Source: Selaginella moellendorffii (Eukaryota; Plantae; Lycopodiophyta). From it: 64,000 bases of DNA. A program made the translations under genes and the position numbers. This document shows, one piece after another, positions 1-14,084 of the stretch. Each line of letters opens with the position of its first letter. Positions within the stretch are counted from its first letter, which is position 1. The notes under the pieces were generated by a model. That model saw nothing but the letters and a program-made list of their open reading frames with translations, was not told the origin of the DNA and did not search any database. Location: assembly GCF_000143415.4 (NCBI RefSeq), contig NW_003314268.1:387117-451116 (forward strand). Reading direction: 5' to 3'.

Positions 1-296
1 AAGTGTTGCTACTTGTTCCACAGCCCGCTAAAGAGGTTCCTGGGATGAGCCGAAAACCATTATATTGCAATGAAAGCTGCACTCAAGAAGCAATAGGATG
101 AAAAGTATACCTCTGCCATTAGCAACTGAATAGCACGTTGCCATATCTAAAATGGGACACCATCCAAGGCACACCAGTCAATGCCAGCTTTGTTGTGGTG
201 TGCACTTGAAACTCACAAATGCAAGTCAAGGGTGGCTAAGTAGATAGTTTTGTGGAATCATGGTTATATTTAGAATTGTGCCATGTATTTGTCAGT

Positions 297-3291
297 CTAC
301 TTAAGAATTTCAGCATAGACTGTATTCACAGTGTAAAAGTGTTGATCATGTGGTATAAGATTGCCTTGAAGGGGGGTTGCAAACACTTGAACATGAAGTT
401 GTTTAGGTGATCTACACTTTGACAAAGCAACATAAAGTTGACCATGTGTGAAAACAGGTTGGGGGAGGTAAATGCTAACACGGTCAAAAGTTTGGCCTTG
501 GGCTTTAGAAATAATTAAGGAATAATCTAGACGAACTGGGAATTGTCTTTAGGACATTTTGAAAGGGATTTCAACATTAGAAGGTGTAAGGGTAATACGT
601 GGAATAAAAACTCGCAATCCCTTAAATTGTCCTATAATAATTTCACAATTGAAAACATTTTGAGATGCTTACTTGAGAATGAGGCGAGTGCCATTGCATA
701 AACCAATTTGTGGAGATATGTTCCTAAGAAGAATCAAAATCACATTTTTTTTTAGAATTAATTTGTGTGGTGGTAGTCCCGATGGGGTGATTGAATTTAA
801 GAATTCAATTGGGAACTCTTCAGGGTGATCTGAGTCAACCGTGTCAATGCTCAAATAAACATATGGATCACCTAGTAGTCTTCTAACAATGTTATTATTT
901 ATTCTAAATGTGTCATCATTGAGTGGGGTGAGAATAACCTTTGATGCAGCTGTATAGATATTTATAATATCATCAGTATTTGGGAAAACAAAGTTTACAA
1001 CAGGTGTAGAGATAGATAATGCATGTGGTATTTTGATAATATATTGTGGGAGACATGGCAACTATAAACTACTATCACTATTGCCAAGTTTGAGAAGCCA
1101 TTCAGAAAAACAAAGATTGCTTGAACGCATGTTCTTTGTTAGTGTTAGTGTTGTAAGAAGTGATCGTAGTTTATTCATTTTAACTGAGCTTGAAATAATA
1201 GAGGTTCTATGGCCATGGGGAACAACAAAAAGGTTTTGATGAAAGTCACCACTTGTAATCACTATAACGCCTCCAAATGGTTTAGAATTACATTTGAGAT
1301 GCTTTAAACATTTATTAACCACAGAGAAAGCATGTGTGTGGACCATATTAATTTCATCCCATATGAGAACATTTGCTTGTTTAATGATTTTTCCAACATC
1401 ATTATTAATTGTTAAAGCAGAGACAGAAGTTTCATTTAAAGGAACAAGAAGTTTAAAAGTCGTAGTGCTGTTTGACCATATTTTAACAAAATGCTTGCAA
1501 TTCCAATCCATGCCATACTGATTACTTTTATTTTTTTAAATTGTAATGCTGTAATGATGGTATTAAGTAGAAAAGTTTTTCCAGCACCACTAGGTCCATA
1601 AATAAAGAAACATTGATGCTGATTAGTGTCAATGGCATTTATAATGAGTTAAAAAATATAATGTTGTTCATAACTAAATTGATTTATGTTTGCATTTATT
1701 TGGTCTTGTGATGGGTCAAGGACCTCTGTATTAAGCATGTGTTTGATAATGGGAGTAAGAGTTGAGAGTGGTAAATTAAAATCACAATTAGATTTATTGT
1801 GTATTTGGAATTTTGAATTAATACTGACTAAAGCAATGTCAAAATAGTTTATATCATTTCTAGCATAATCCTCAAATATATCAATTTTGAATTGATCTCA
1901 TAATAGAATTAGATCTTTTGGTGAACAATACAAACAAATAAAAACAAATGACTATTTTAATTGGGATGGCATTTTAAAAGTAAAAGCTTCTTGCATGCAA
2001 TGTTGCCATTCTGAATCATCTGCTAAAAGTCCCATTATGCTTTATTTCGTTAAAGTGGAACTTATTCAGTAAAGTGGGACATTAATTAGCATGTGTCCAC
2101 ATGCCATTTCCTAGTACTTAATTAATATTTATTAATATTTCTATCAGTTTTTTAATTTATTTTTTATATTTCACAATATTATAACACAAAATCATATGAA
2201 AAGTTTTTAATTTATAAATTATAAAGCTAAAACTTCAATTTTTTATTGTTGTTATAAAAATGGCATGTGGCCACACACCATAAGTGGGATAATGAAAAGT
2301 TCCACTTTAACAAAATAAAGCATCATTGCCATAACTGCTTGTTTAAAAGAGGAGAAAATAACACCTTCAGCAATACGTATATCCTCAAATGATATAACAC
2401 CTTTTTTATGGAGTAATATAAGTTGCAAGTGGTACAACTCATTATTAAAAGGAGATATGGAATACATTCTTGGTATGAGTTTAGTTTTTCACTGGCGTAA
2501 TTGCTATTTGTGAGAGGATTTGTTATATGTGTAATATAACAGAATTTGAGCATATGTACATTGCTTTGCATTAGTATCTTGCATGTTTAAATTGAACCAT
2601 TGTGTAAGCATTATTCCATTTTGAGTGGCTCTTTCTAGTGCTTCTTGTTCATGACCTGGTCTGAAATATACGTTTTGAAAATTGGGTAAATGAACTGGAA
2701 GGTGTATAATAGTTAGTGATTTATTATGCATACAAAACTTAAATATACGCCATATGGCTTCATGAGCAAAAATATATTGAGCATCAACAAAACTTGAGAT
2801 TTCATCCCAATTTAAAGTCCCTCATTCTTCAGATGCAGTTAGGAATTCTAATGTTGCACAATCATAACCTTTGTATACATATTGAAATAAATATTTAATA
2901 CTTTTAATAGAAGTGCAGATCTCTACATTAATGTGTGCTTTATATTTTTTACAAAGGTATTTATTATAAGGATATTGTCAATAGTACAACCATTTTTTTA
3001 TGAAAGTGCGTTTGTTATTGGATCGGTAGTAATCAGGATAACCATCAACACAATAAATGGTTTCAACATTAAATTCTTTTGGATAATTCTTAGAGCATTT
3101 GTTATTTTCCATGCAAGGGTTTCTAGGATTTAAATTACCACATGGACCATGTATCATATGATTTATAATTATGTTATGCAATTCTGGTTCTAGCAATAGG
3201 TGTGGCAATTGTGCGGTGACAAATTCATCAACCGAGTCACGATTTCTTAGCTTGTCTTCACTTGATAACATTGCTAAGAAATGACAATGAG
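297..3291 (-). pseudogene. Helitron Rep/PIF1 helicase, C-terminal part (frameshifted, with stops)
   Basis: Minus-strand motifs: MIHGPCG..NPRNPCM, KYLFQYVYKGYD (Rep motif 3), FFIYGPSGAGKTF (Walker A), LIWDE, GDFHQ, GLPPHKLILK, GLCNGTRL, KAQGQTF, HGQLYVALS. Ends TVNTVYAEILK* (stop 297-299). Confidence 0.93.
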
Positions 3292-4437
3292 TGTAGCGCA
3301 CGTGGTTTTGACCCTTTATCCTATGGTGATTTACCATAGGATAACACCACGAAGCGGAACCTAAACCCTCTTTGTGCCACGTGACAGATGCCACGTGTCA
3401 CATGCCACGTGTCCATGCCACGTGTCCACAGGACCCGAGGTTCAAGGCCTTGGGCCACTGAACGAAGGAACGGTGCCAAACTCCCAAGCATGGAGCCGAG
3501 GAGTGACAGAACCGAACCACGGAGCAACTCCCGAGCATGAAGCCCAAGGAGCGAAGGGACGGGAGCCCGGAGCGACTTGGAACAGTCCTAGAGTAACCAG
3601 CATCCCAATGCCAGGACCAGCACGCAAAATGGAGCCAAACGGAGTCTGGCGCTATTTCAGCATACCGGTGGCCTAACGCGAGGATATGGGTACTCCACCA
3701 ACTAGCATGGAATGGAACTTGGGCTTAGACCCAAGCCGGACGCAGAACAAGGACAGGCACGCAAGCGGGAGCTAGACTATGCCTCAGGTTGGTCGGCCAT
3801 GCCCGACCTACCCACTATCCCTACTATACATTTGGAACCCCCCACAGCCCCCCCCCCTTGAGGAACACACGCTTTGGGCTTTCACCCCAAGCCTCCCTTA
3901 GTATTAGGAGTTAGTCTCTGGGACAAGCTCGAAACTTACTAAATATGGAATGTCCTTAGATTGCGAATTTGGACATGGGACGAACACCATTGTGTTCAGG
4001 ACGATCTCTACATTCCGTAGATATGCCAAATGAGCAAATCTGGACACTTTCCACAAATAGCATTTGGGACCGAAATGAGACTAACACAAAGGGCATGATA
4101 GCGAGGGTGTTTGGCAGACACGGTAAGCTATCATGTAGCGATATTGAGGGACCAATCTCAATACGCGAGGGTTCTTGTCAAGCCAGTGCAAGACAGAGCA
4201 AAAGAGAACTAACAAGCCGGGCCAAGTATGCTCAGCTAAATAGACACTTAGGAATTCCTTCCTTATGCTCATCCGGCCAAGTACAGATGCAAAGTCCAGT
4301 TTACTAACACTTGAACAAGAGGGGCCAATAAAGGGAACCAGCAGTACCGACCTCCTGCCATCGTGGCAGTAAGGTAAGAGTGTCCGTAAGGACTAGTCGA
4401 CAGGTAACTTTCGATACCCGAAGTCACGTGCGCGACA
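3292..4437 (-). repeat. 3' LTR of the young LTR element
   Basis: Direct repeat of 9334-10479, adjacent to the PPT. Confidence 0.95.
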
Positions 4438-7400
4438 CTCTCCCCCCCTTGGGAAGATCGACGTCCTCGTCGATGCATACTCGAGTCTAGAATACCGCCA
4501 AGGAAACAACTCCAGAAAAAGTTCACGGTACTCACACTATGTGAGAAATGCACCAACTTAAATGAGTTAGGGGGCAACCTCTTTGTCTAACGCGGATGCG
4601 CTACCAGCTCAGACACCTTCCGGCCGTCGCCGACAAGGAAATGACCAATGGAGTCAGCCACCCTTGCTGCTCTGGGAGTCACCCAGCTTACAAAAGTGTG
4701 ATATGCCCTGCCCGCAGGAACATAGAGAGAGAAGCCAGAGGCCCCAACCCTCCTGAGCAAAGAAACCAAACCCGTCGGTAAGGTTTAGATAGACTACTGG
4801 AAACAGGCAGTTAGAGTTGTTTACACGGTCACGCCCTTTCAACAGAATAAGGAACATCGACAGAGAGGCGGGTTATGTGACCAGTCGACAGTAGCTACCC
4901 CATGACTAGAGATTTCAACATGCACACGAAGTGCCGAAGCCAGTCTGCCTATTACTGGCCCAAACTCAAAGATCATAGATGGACATTATCAAAGTCAGAG
5001 ACAATGATATCTGAGAGACTTAATTATCAGTGAGTATATCTTAGATTAGAACACAAAAGTATTCCAAGTAAGTTATCATCCGATAAACTAGTATCATAGT
5101 ATAGGAACCACCAAGATCATCATAATTGGGAAACATAGGAATCACCATCTAACAAAACTCAATAGCAAGCGCATCATTGAGAAAACTCAATGACAAAACT
5201 TAACTACTGAAGATGGCAGATAGTATGCTAAACAACTTACGAAAGATAACTCAAAGAACACAAAGTATCATTGACTAATAAGCAAAATGCTCGCGAATGT
5301 ATTACCCAAAGGAAATAACATTCAAATCTATCAAAACTAACTCGAGCAACAATCAACAGAAGAGAATGAATGCGGTAAGACCAACAAACACTCATTCCGG
5401 CCAACTATCACAAAAGCCAATCTAAACAGATCCCAGCCAACAATACCAAGGAACTCAAGTTGCCTAAGCAAGTGTCAGCAACATCCTATTGATGTCTCAA
5501 ACCCAAGAGACCAATCCAGAGCAAATCACAAAGAACATGTGATATTGCGAAAAGCCACAAGCCATCAAAGAGAACAACTAACAATCATGAAAGATCATCA
5601 ATCATCCCATCAATAAAGAGATGCATAATCATTGTTAAAGAAAGAATCCACTACCTCAAAGAGCAGCGAATCATTCTATATCAACAACAACCAAGCAAAA
5701 CCCTTGACAAGAATAATCAACTATCTTAGATGATAATTAATCATCACCAATGATTGCCAGATGCAAATACTAACGTCAACATCGAAGCTAATGAGCCAAA
5801 ATGCCTTCCCCAACAACTTCGAACAAATGGAACAACGATCATAAAACTCAAAGAACCAAAAGCTCGAAGAAGTCTATAGCTAAGTCTTGCCTAATAATGA
5901 TCACAAGCTTTGCATAAACTAACTTCAATGCTAAAGAAGAAATCATGGTACAACCCACAATATCCTCCTCAACACATCCATAAGCTAAACTTCATAATGC
6001 AAAGCTAATGAAGAGCATGTCTGCATCAATCCAAAAGCTAAGCATAACAAAGCTATGCTTAACAAGTGATCATCAAACGATCCTCCATGAATCCATCTAT
6101 AGCAAGACGTAACTCACATCATAACAAGCACAAGAAGAATCATCAATGATCGATATATTCCAACTCAAATCCAATAAGGATTCAAACATTCTAATATCAA
6201 TCACTAACTCTTCCGCTTGTAGAGTTAACATAGTTCACGACTGAATCACTTTTCAAGGAAAAGCTCAAAGCTCAACCCCTACTAAATAATCTCATTTAGA
6301 ACACAACTAACTCAAACTTGCCACTCAGTTCATTTGAACGTCAACATAGTTGCTAATTAGCAAATGCACGAATGCTAATAACACAAAGCTATAGCCAAAT
6401 CATCGACACTATCTTCATCAAAACTAATGAAACTCGACATCAATCTTGCGGAGAGACATCTCATTTCACTAAAATCTTAATATCAACAATGTCAACAACA
6501 AGGCATCACTTCAATGCCATCAACACTAGAACAAAGCGAGAAGAAAGCACGAGTGTATCACCACTCAAAACTCTCTAGCAACTAAGCTAACCAAGGTCGA
6601 AGATACTTTACTCGAGTATCCGAGACTAATTCTTCAACAATACTCACTTACAGATAACACTTCATCAAGGAGTGAATCACCACATCCAAGACTCCATGAA
6701 ATCCAACACTATGAACTAAACGCAACCAAATGATATCAACAGAGGTAGAGTCGATATGCCAACATGGAAAACCCATGTAAGTCTAACAACACAATCCTCC
6801 GCAACCCCATTCGGTAAAGCAAGCCCATCACTGCTAAATCATCATCAAGTGAAGCAAGTGTCAATAGTCTTTTGACAAAGTCTACAAGCAATCATTAGTC
6901 GCAAAGCAACTAACAATCACTCTTTCAACTTGCCTTCACAAGACCAAAACACTAAACTCATGTCATCGAGTCATACACTTGTCCAACATGAACGCGATAC
7001 CTCCGGTATGAGATAAAAGTTCATAGACAAGCACAAACCAAATGACCACTCAAATCCAACTCAACCACGATAAGCTCACCAAAGCATTTAGCCATTAGCT
7101 CTGAGCATGCCTTGAAGAGGCTAGCTAAGCATGATCAACACTTAGTCGAAACTAAAGTGAAGACCATGAGATGGACTCATATCGGTACACAACCTCCTTA
7201 TAGACAAAGCTATAGTACGGGTACCAACATCTCAAACTCAAACAACTAAGTTGGACATCACCATTCTCAGCCAAGGCGCAAGGCCACCAAGACTAAGTCA
7301 AGATCAGTGAGAGCTCACTACTCTCATAGAGTCTAACGAAATGCAAAGTGCAACCTACCACCAAGCATAACGCTACAAAAGAAAGGCACAAGGGTCACCT

Positions 7401-9333
7401 TTCTGGAAAAGTGCAACGGCCACTTTTCTACACTAACTCCAGACTCTATCCAACTCAATTGCCTTAGCCCTAAAAGTTAGCATCCCTTTCGGGTCGCATC
7501 ATACAAACTACCTACTAAGATCTAAGCCAACTGAAGTCAACTCCAACCCCTTCACTAGTTTGTATTGGCTTTTTGAAAATGGAATGGTTTTCGAGCAAAG
7601 TGATAACAGATCAGCCATTGGAAAAGTCTAAGAAAATTTGTGGAAAAAAATCTTCCAATCCTAGAAAAAGAATGACTCTCAGTCTAGGAATTTAAATTTT
7701 CAAAACTCAACCAACTTCCTCCTACTTACAACTTCACATAGGTTCACCTCAACACAAATTCTTATGACCTATAGTATGCTTAAGCCTCGAACATCTTTCT
7801 GCCCATTTTTCCAATATCCAACACCGACATCCGTAAAATGCAAAGTGAACATCCAAGGCTTGATCACGAAGACCACATCTTCGGATATCCACATTGCACT
7901 AACACTCTTCTTCAACCACCTTCAAGATCCAATGTGAAGCTAAAACACTAACAAGAAAAATGACATGGAAAATCAAGCTTTAAGGAAAATTCCTCATCAC
8001 TCGAAGTAACAATGCCACTTCCACTAACACAAGTGTTAGTGATGTCAATGCCCCAACTACACATCTTCTCCATCCAACAATCTACTCCAAGTGCTAACGG
8101 ATCAACCAACAAGTTATAGCAAGTAAATGCTATAACCCTTTCCAACACTTTATGGGCAAACCCTCAAGGAAACAAGGAACCAACTTAAGCTTAGCATAAT
8201 GGACTACCATCGAGAATCCAATCAAAGCTACTACAATGCTACTTCGTGCAAGTAGACTAGCTTCACTATCAACCACTTTGGGGTTGATCATCATTTAACC
8301 AAGCAACTTCGTAAACACATTGCTCATTATCACATGGATATGATATAAAATCACAATGACTTGATCATCAATCAAGCAACACTATGAGCAATGTCTATGT
8401 CATTACTTCAAAGGTTTATGTAAGTATCAAGTGCAAACTCAATTCGACAAAATGCAACATAAATGTCACACTCTACCGATAGAGATTTACAACACTCAGC
8501 ACCACTAACTTTTGTTCACAACACAGACAAGCTCATGCCACTCTCTTTCTGACCAAACTCAAAACTAAACCAATACCAAGCTACTCAAGGAGCAATAGCA
8601 AGGTTCCTTGGAAAAGAATTGAGCATTGCAACCCAAGTCTTCCAATAGTAAGCCTAGACAAAATGGTTTAGCGCTTCACCGCTATCCATCCCACAACTCA
8701 CCATTTGTAAGACCATCATCTCCAACATGCATCAAGGTAGGGACTCTTGATTGCATAATGTGAACACGAGCAATGAGTCACACCTCGTTGCAAACCATCT
8801 CTCCAAAAGAGAAGATGATTTACGTGTTTGATCCTTCGTCCCCGACGACTCTCTTTTCGGTCTCATCTTTGACTACACTTCAAGCTTGCGTTCGCACTGC
8901 CTTCAGTCCAATCCAAGAAAAGTTTATAAGAGAGCACGGCAATGATTACTTGAACCAATAGATTAATCTCTACAGTCTTGATTGATCCACTTGTAATCAT
9001 GCCTAGGAAGGATCTACTAGTGCTGTGCTTAACAGCTACAGACCAGCCTATTTGCCACTCATAGCAAACTCAGGGAAGGTTTACTTTCACCCACGGTACA
9101 TGGAACAACTCATGGAACCACTAGAACAACTCAATCCCTTTTGTGAGCCCAAGCTCAAGCTCACAGAATATGGTACAAAAGGTAACCAAAACCATACCCA
9201 AGGAACGAATGTGAACCCTTTGCACCAAACGTGTACCCACTCGGATCATCGTTTTCATCTCTGCGTATGCAACGAGACTAGTTGCCTAATCTCATTGAAT
9301 AGTACTCGCTGAGACTCATCCTCTGATACCAAA

Positions 9334-10479
9334 TGTAGCGCACGTGGTTTTGACCCTTTATCCTATGGTGATTTACCATAGGATAACACCACGAAGCGGA
9401 ACCTAAACCCTCTTTGTGCCACGTGACAGATGCCACGTGTCACATGCCACGTGTCCATGCCACGTGTCCACAGGACCCGAGGTTCAAGGCCTTGGGCCAC
9501 TGAACGAAGGAACGGTGCCAAACTCCCAAGCATGGAGCCGAGGAGTGACAGAACCGAACCACGGAGCAACTCCCGAGCATGAAGCCCAAGGAGCGAAGGG
9601 ACGGGAGCCCGGAGCGACTTGGAACAGTCCTAGAGTAACCAGCATCCCAATGCCAGGACCAGCACGCAAAATGGAGCCAAACGGAGTCTGGCGCTATTTC
9701 AGCATACCGGTGGCCTAACGCGAGGATATGGGTACTCCACCAACTAGCATGGAATGGAACTTGGGCTTAGACCCAAGCCGGACGCAGAACAAGGACAGGC
9801 ACGCAAGCGGGAGCTAGACTATGCCTCAGGTTGGTCGGCCATGCCCGACCTACCCACTATCCCTACTATACATTTGGAACCCCCCACAGCCCCCCCCCCT
9901 TGAGGAACACACGCTTTGGGCTTTCACCCCAAGCCTCCCTTAGTATTAGGAGTTAGTCTCTGGGACAAGCTCGAAACTTACTAAATATGGAATGTCCTTA
10001 GATTGCGAATTTGGACATGGGACGAACACCATTGTGTTCAGGACGATCTCTACATTCCGTAGATATGCCAAATGAGCAAATCTGGACACTTTCCACAAAT
10101 AGCATTTGGGACCGAAATGAGACTAACACAAAGGGCATGATAGCGAGGGTGTTTGGCAGACACGGTAAGCTATCATGTAGCGATATTGAGGGACCAATCT
10201 CAATACGCGAGGGTTCTTGTCAAGCCAGTGCAAGACAGAGCAAAAGAGAACTAACAAGCCGGGCCAAGTATGCTCAGCTAAATAGACACTTAGGAATTCC
10301 TTCCTTATGCTCATCCGGCCAAGTACAGATGCAAAGTCCAGTTTACTAACACTTGAACAAGAGGGGCCAATAAAGGGAACCAGCAGTACCGACCTCCTGC
10401 CATCGTGGCAGTAAGGTAAGAGTGTCCGTAAGGACTAGTCGACAGGTAACTTTCGATACCCGAAGTCACGTGCGCGACA
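9334..10479 (-). repeat. 5' LTR of the young LTR element
   Basis: Direct repeat of 3292-4437, adjacent to the tRNA-Met PBS. Confidence 0.95.
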
Positions 10480-11165
10480 ATGAGGCAAACCTCTTTTCTG
10501 GAATTCAATAACATAAACATATGCTATGCACTTCCCAAAAATTCCTTTGGTACTTATATCATGTAGGAATTCTTTAAGCTTTAAGTTGAAAACTCTTGAA
10601 ATAAGATCAAATCAATCCTCAGGTGATTCATTCAGCTGTAAGTTTTGCACAATTTCAAGCCACTTTAGGTTGCATGTAAATGTAATAAATAAGTCAGGTT
10701 TTCCAAAATGTGTGACAATAGCAATAGCATCTTAATAATGTTGTTGCATTGCTCGTGGGCTACCAGGAAATGTAGAAGGCAAAATTATAACTTTTCCAGG
10801 TTTAGCATTATTAGTAATAGCTCTGTTGCTAACATAGTCCATAAGACCTGTGTAGTAATCCACTTTAAGTGTTTTTGATGAGTAAAAAAAAAATTAAGGT
10901 TGTTAGATTCAACCTTTACATATGTATCAACTATAAATTGTTGAGTGAGTTTCCCAGCATGTAGCAATTGATCATAAAGGAAAGAGTTGCCAATGCTATC
11001 TCGTTGAGATAATCGATATGCATAGTATTGGAGTAGCGTTATATGCAACTCATTGTGATAGATTTTTTCATGCCAACCTTTATCACCAAATGGTAAAAGT
11101 AAAGGATAAACCATAGGATCACAATTTTCATTAAGAATAGAGATTTTTGTTGGCTGTGAATTATA
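10480..11165 (-). pseudogene. Helitron Rep, N-terminal part (Helitron_like_N region)
   Basis: DPMVYPLLLPFGDKGW, YYAYRL, GKLTQQFIVDTY, LPSTFPGSPRAM, GKPDLFITFTCN, YVIEFQKRGLPH. Joins the segment ending at 3291 once the LTR element is removed. Confidence 0.92.
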
Positions 11166-11167
11166 TG

Positions 11168-11455
11168 GCCACTAAGGGCTCTCTTATCAAGTAATTGCCC
11201 CTTTTTCAGTTGGCTTAAGGGGAGAGAGATAAAGTGCGCTACATGTGGTATTGGAGCAAATAGCACAGGTTCGATTCCCATTGATTAGTGGCTACTTAAA
11301 AATATAATATACCCTTGAGCAAAATATATTCCTACCCCTAAATTTGAAATCATACATATTGGACATTCGTGCGTACGTCCTTCCTCTTGTGTGGAGTATC
11401 CACAGACGAAAGTATCCACCGTAGGACTGCGGTATGGGTGGATAAGGTGCACTAT
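11168..11455 (+). mobile_element. Truncated TRIM copy (same family as 17800-18289)
   Basis: LTR end GTGCGCTACA at ~11243, then PBS-like TGGTATTGGAGC. Inverted homolog of ~17930-18205. Confidence 0.8.
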
Positions 11456-11703
11456 AGCTTGGACTCATGAGTGAGGCACATTAGCATGAGTTTGCACATC
11501 CACCGTAGGACTGCGGTACGGGTGGATAAGGTGCGCTATAGCTTGGGCTCATGAGTGAGGCACATTAGCATGAGTTTGCACTTGGGTTCATGAGTGAGAC
11601 ATATTAACAACTCAAGGTTACACCAAGCTCATGAGTGAGGCACATTAGCATGAGTTTGCACTTAGGTTCATGAGTGAGACATATTAACAACTCAAGGTTA
11701 CAC
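11414..11703 (+). repeat. Two overlapping tandem duplications (~84-bp and ~80-bp units)
   Basis: ATCCACCGTAGGACTGCGG...GAGTTTGCAC twice (11414, 11498); CTCATGAGTGAGG...CAAGGTTACAC twice. Confidence 0.85.
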
Positions 11704-14084
11704 TTTGAGTTAATAGGATTAATGTTAGCCTATTGGTGGTTCTATAAGTTGTTCCATATATTGGTGAATAGATTTGCTATGAGTGGCAAATAAACTAGTC
11801 TGTAGCTGTTTAGCACGGCACTATTGGATCCTTCCTAGGTATCATTATAAACAAATCAATCAAGATTATAAGAATTAGTCTATTGGTTCAAGTAGCCATT
11901 GTTGTGCTCTCTCATAAACTTTTCTTGGATTGGATTGAAGGCAGTGTGAAAGCAAGTTTGAGGTTTGGTCAAAGTAGAGTCTAAAAAGAAAGTCATCAAA
12001 GACGAAGGATCAAACATGTAAATCATTTTCTCTTGAAGAGATGATTTGCAACGAGGTGTTAACTCATTGCTTATGTTCACATTAATATCCCTACCTTGAT
12101 GTGTGTTGGAAATAATGGTTTTACAAATGGTGAGTTGCAGGATGGATAGCGGTGAAATGCTATACCATTTTATCTAGGTTTATTATTGAAGACTTGGGTT
12201 GCAATCTTTTCTAGGGAACCTTGTTATTGCTCCTTGAATAGCTTAGTGTTAGATTATTTTTGAGTTTGGTCAAAAGAGAGTGGCATGAGATTGTCCGTGT
12301 TGTGAACAAAAGTTAATGGTATTAAGTGTTATAAATCTTTATTGGTGGGGTGTGGCATTTATGTTACATTTTGTAGAATCGAGTTGGCACTTTAGTCATA
12401 TAAACCTTTGAAGTAATGACATGAGTGTTGCTCATGATGTTGCTCAATTGATGATCAAGTCATTGTGATACTTATATCATATCCATGTGATTGAGCAATA
12501 TGTTTATAAAGTTGCTTGGTTAAATAATAATCAACCCCAAAGTGGTTGATAGTGAAGTTAGTTTACTTACAAATAGTAACATTGAAATAACATTGATTGG
12601 ATTCTTAATGGTGGTCCAATTATGCTAAGCTTATGTTGATACTTTGTTTCCTTGAGGGGTTTGCTCATTTGGTGTTGGGAAATGTTATAACATTCATTTG
12701 CTATAGCTTGTTAGTGAATCTATTAGCACTTGGAGTAAATTGTTGGATGGAGAAGGTGTGTAGTTAAGGCATTGACATTGTTAGCACTTGTGTTAATGGA
12801 AGTGGCATTGTTATTTCAAGTGATATGGAATTTTTTTAAATCTTGATTTTCCATATCATTTTTCTTGTTAGTGTTTTGGCTTCACATTGAATTTTGGTAG
12901 TTGAAAAAGAGTGTTAATGCAATGTGAATATCCAAAGATATGGATGTTAATACCCATATTATAGATTTGTCTAAGTGGAGGTTGTGTACCAATATGAGTT
13001 CATCTCATGATTTACACTTTAGTTTTGATGAAGTGTTGATTATATAAAGCTAGCCTCTTCAAGACATGCTCAGAGCTATTGGCTAAACACATTAAGCTTA
13101 TTACAGTTGAGTTGGATTCGAATGGTCATTTAGTTCATGCTTGTTCATAAACCTTTATCTCGTACATGAGGTATTACGTTCATATTGGACAAGTATATGA
13201 CTTAATAGCATGAGTTTAGTGTTTGTGTCTTGTGAAGGCAAGTTGAAAAGTGATTGCTGGTTGCTTTGTGACTAATGATTGTTTATAAACTTTGTTAAGG
13301 ATTGTTAACACTTACTTCACTTAATGAATTAGCAGTTATGGGCTTGCTTTACCGGATGGTGTTGTGGAGGATCATGTCATAGGTTTGCATGGTTTTTCTA
13401 TGTTGGCATATCGATTCCACCTTTGTTGATATTATTTAGTTATATTTAATTTATGGTGTTAGATTTTATTGAGTCTTGGATGTGGTGAATCACTCCTTAA
13501 TGATGTGTTATTTGTAACTAAGTTTTATTGAAGGTTTAATCTCGGATACTGAGTAAGGTATTTTTGACTTTGGTTAGCTTGGTTGTTAAAGAATTTTAAG
13601 TGGTGATTCATATTTTGGTGTTGATGGCATTGAAATGATGCCTTATCGTTGACATTATTGATGTTGAGATTTAAGTGAGATGAGATGTCTCTTATAAGGA
13701 TTGATATTGAGTTTCATTAGTCTTGATGAAGATAGTGTTGATGATTAAGTTGTAGCTTTATGTTATTAGCATTCATGCATTTGCTAGTTAGCGATTATGT
13801 TGACATTCAAATGAACTAAGTGGTAAGCTGAGTTAGCTATGTTCTAGACGAGATTGTTTAGTAAGGGTTGAGCTTTAATTTATCCTTGAAAAGTGATTCA
13901 GCCGTGGATTATATTAGTTTTATGAGAAGAAGAGTTAGTGATCAATACTGAAATATATTAATCAGTGATGATTCTTTTTGGGCTTTTTATGAAGTGAGTT
14001 ATGTCTTGCTATAGATAGATTCATGGAAGATCATTTAGTGATCACTTATTAAGTATAACTTTGTTATGCTAAGCTTTTGGATTG

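Larger units (their letters stand above)
3292..10479 (-). mobile_element. Full-length non-autonomous LTR retrotransposon (LARD-like, probably Copia-derived), recent insertion
   Basis: TG...CA LTRs at 3292-4437 and 9334-10479 (1146 bp each, identical ORF translations, offset 6042). ATGAG TSD at 3287-3291 and 10480-10484. Met PBS TGGTATCAGAG (rc 9321-9331). PPT is the rc of the CT-rich run after 4437. No long internal ORF; an NGVAE integrase-like relic lies at ~6797-6811. Confidence 0.95.

Noticed and set aside
120-145. GCAAC...GTTGC as the Helitron 3' hairpin
   Set aside because: The stem is weak and there is no convincing CTRR terminus; the true end may lie outside the window.
3321-4857. Short ORFs within the LTRs (repeated at 9363-10520)
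   Set aside because: They are chance frames in LTR sequence, duplicated only because the LTR is duplicated.
11414-11703. Repeat array considered as CRISPR-like
   Set aside because: These are plain tandem duplications without unique spacers, in eukaryotic TE context.
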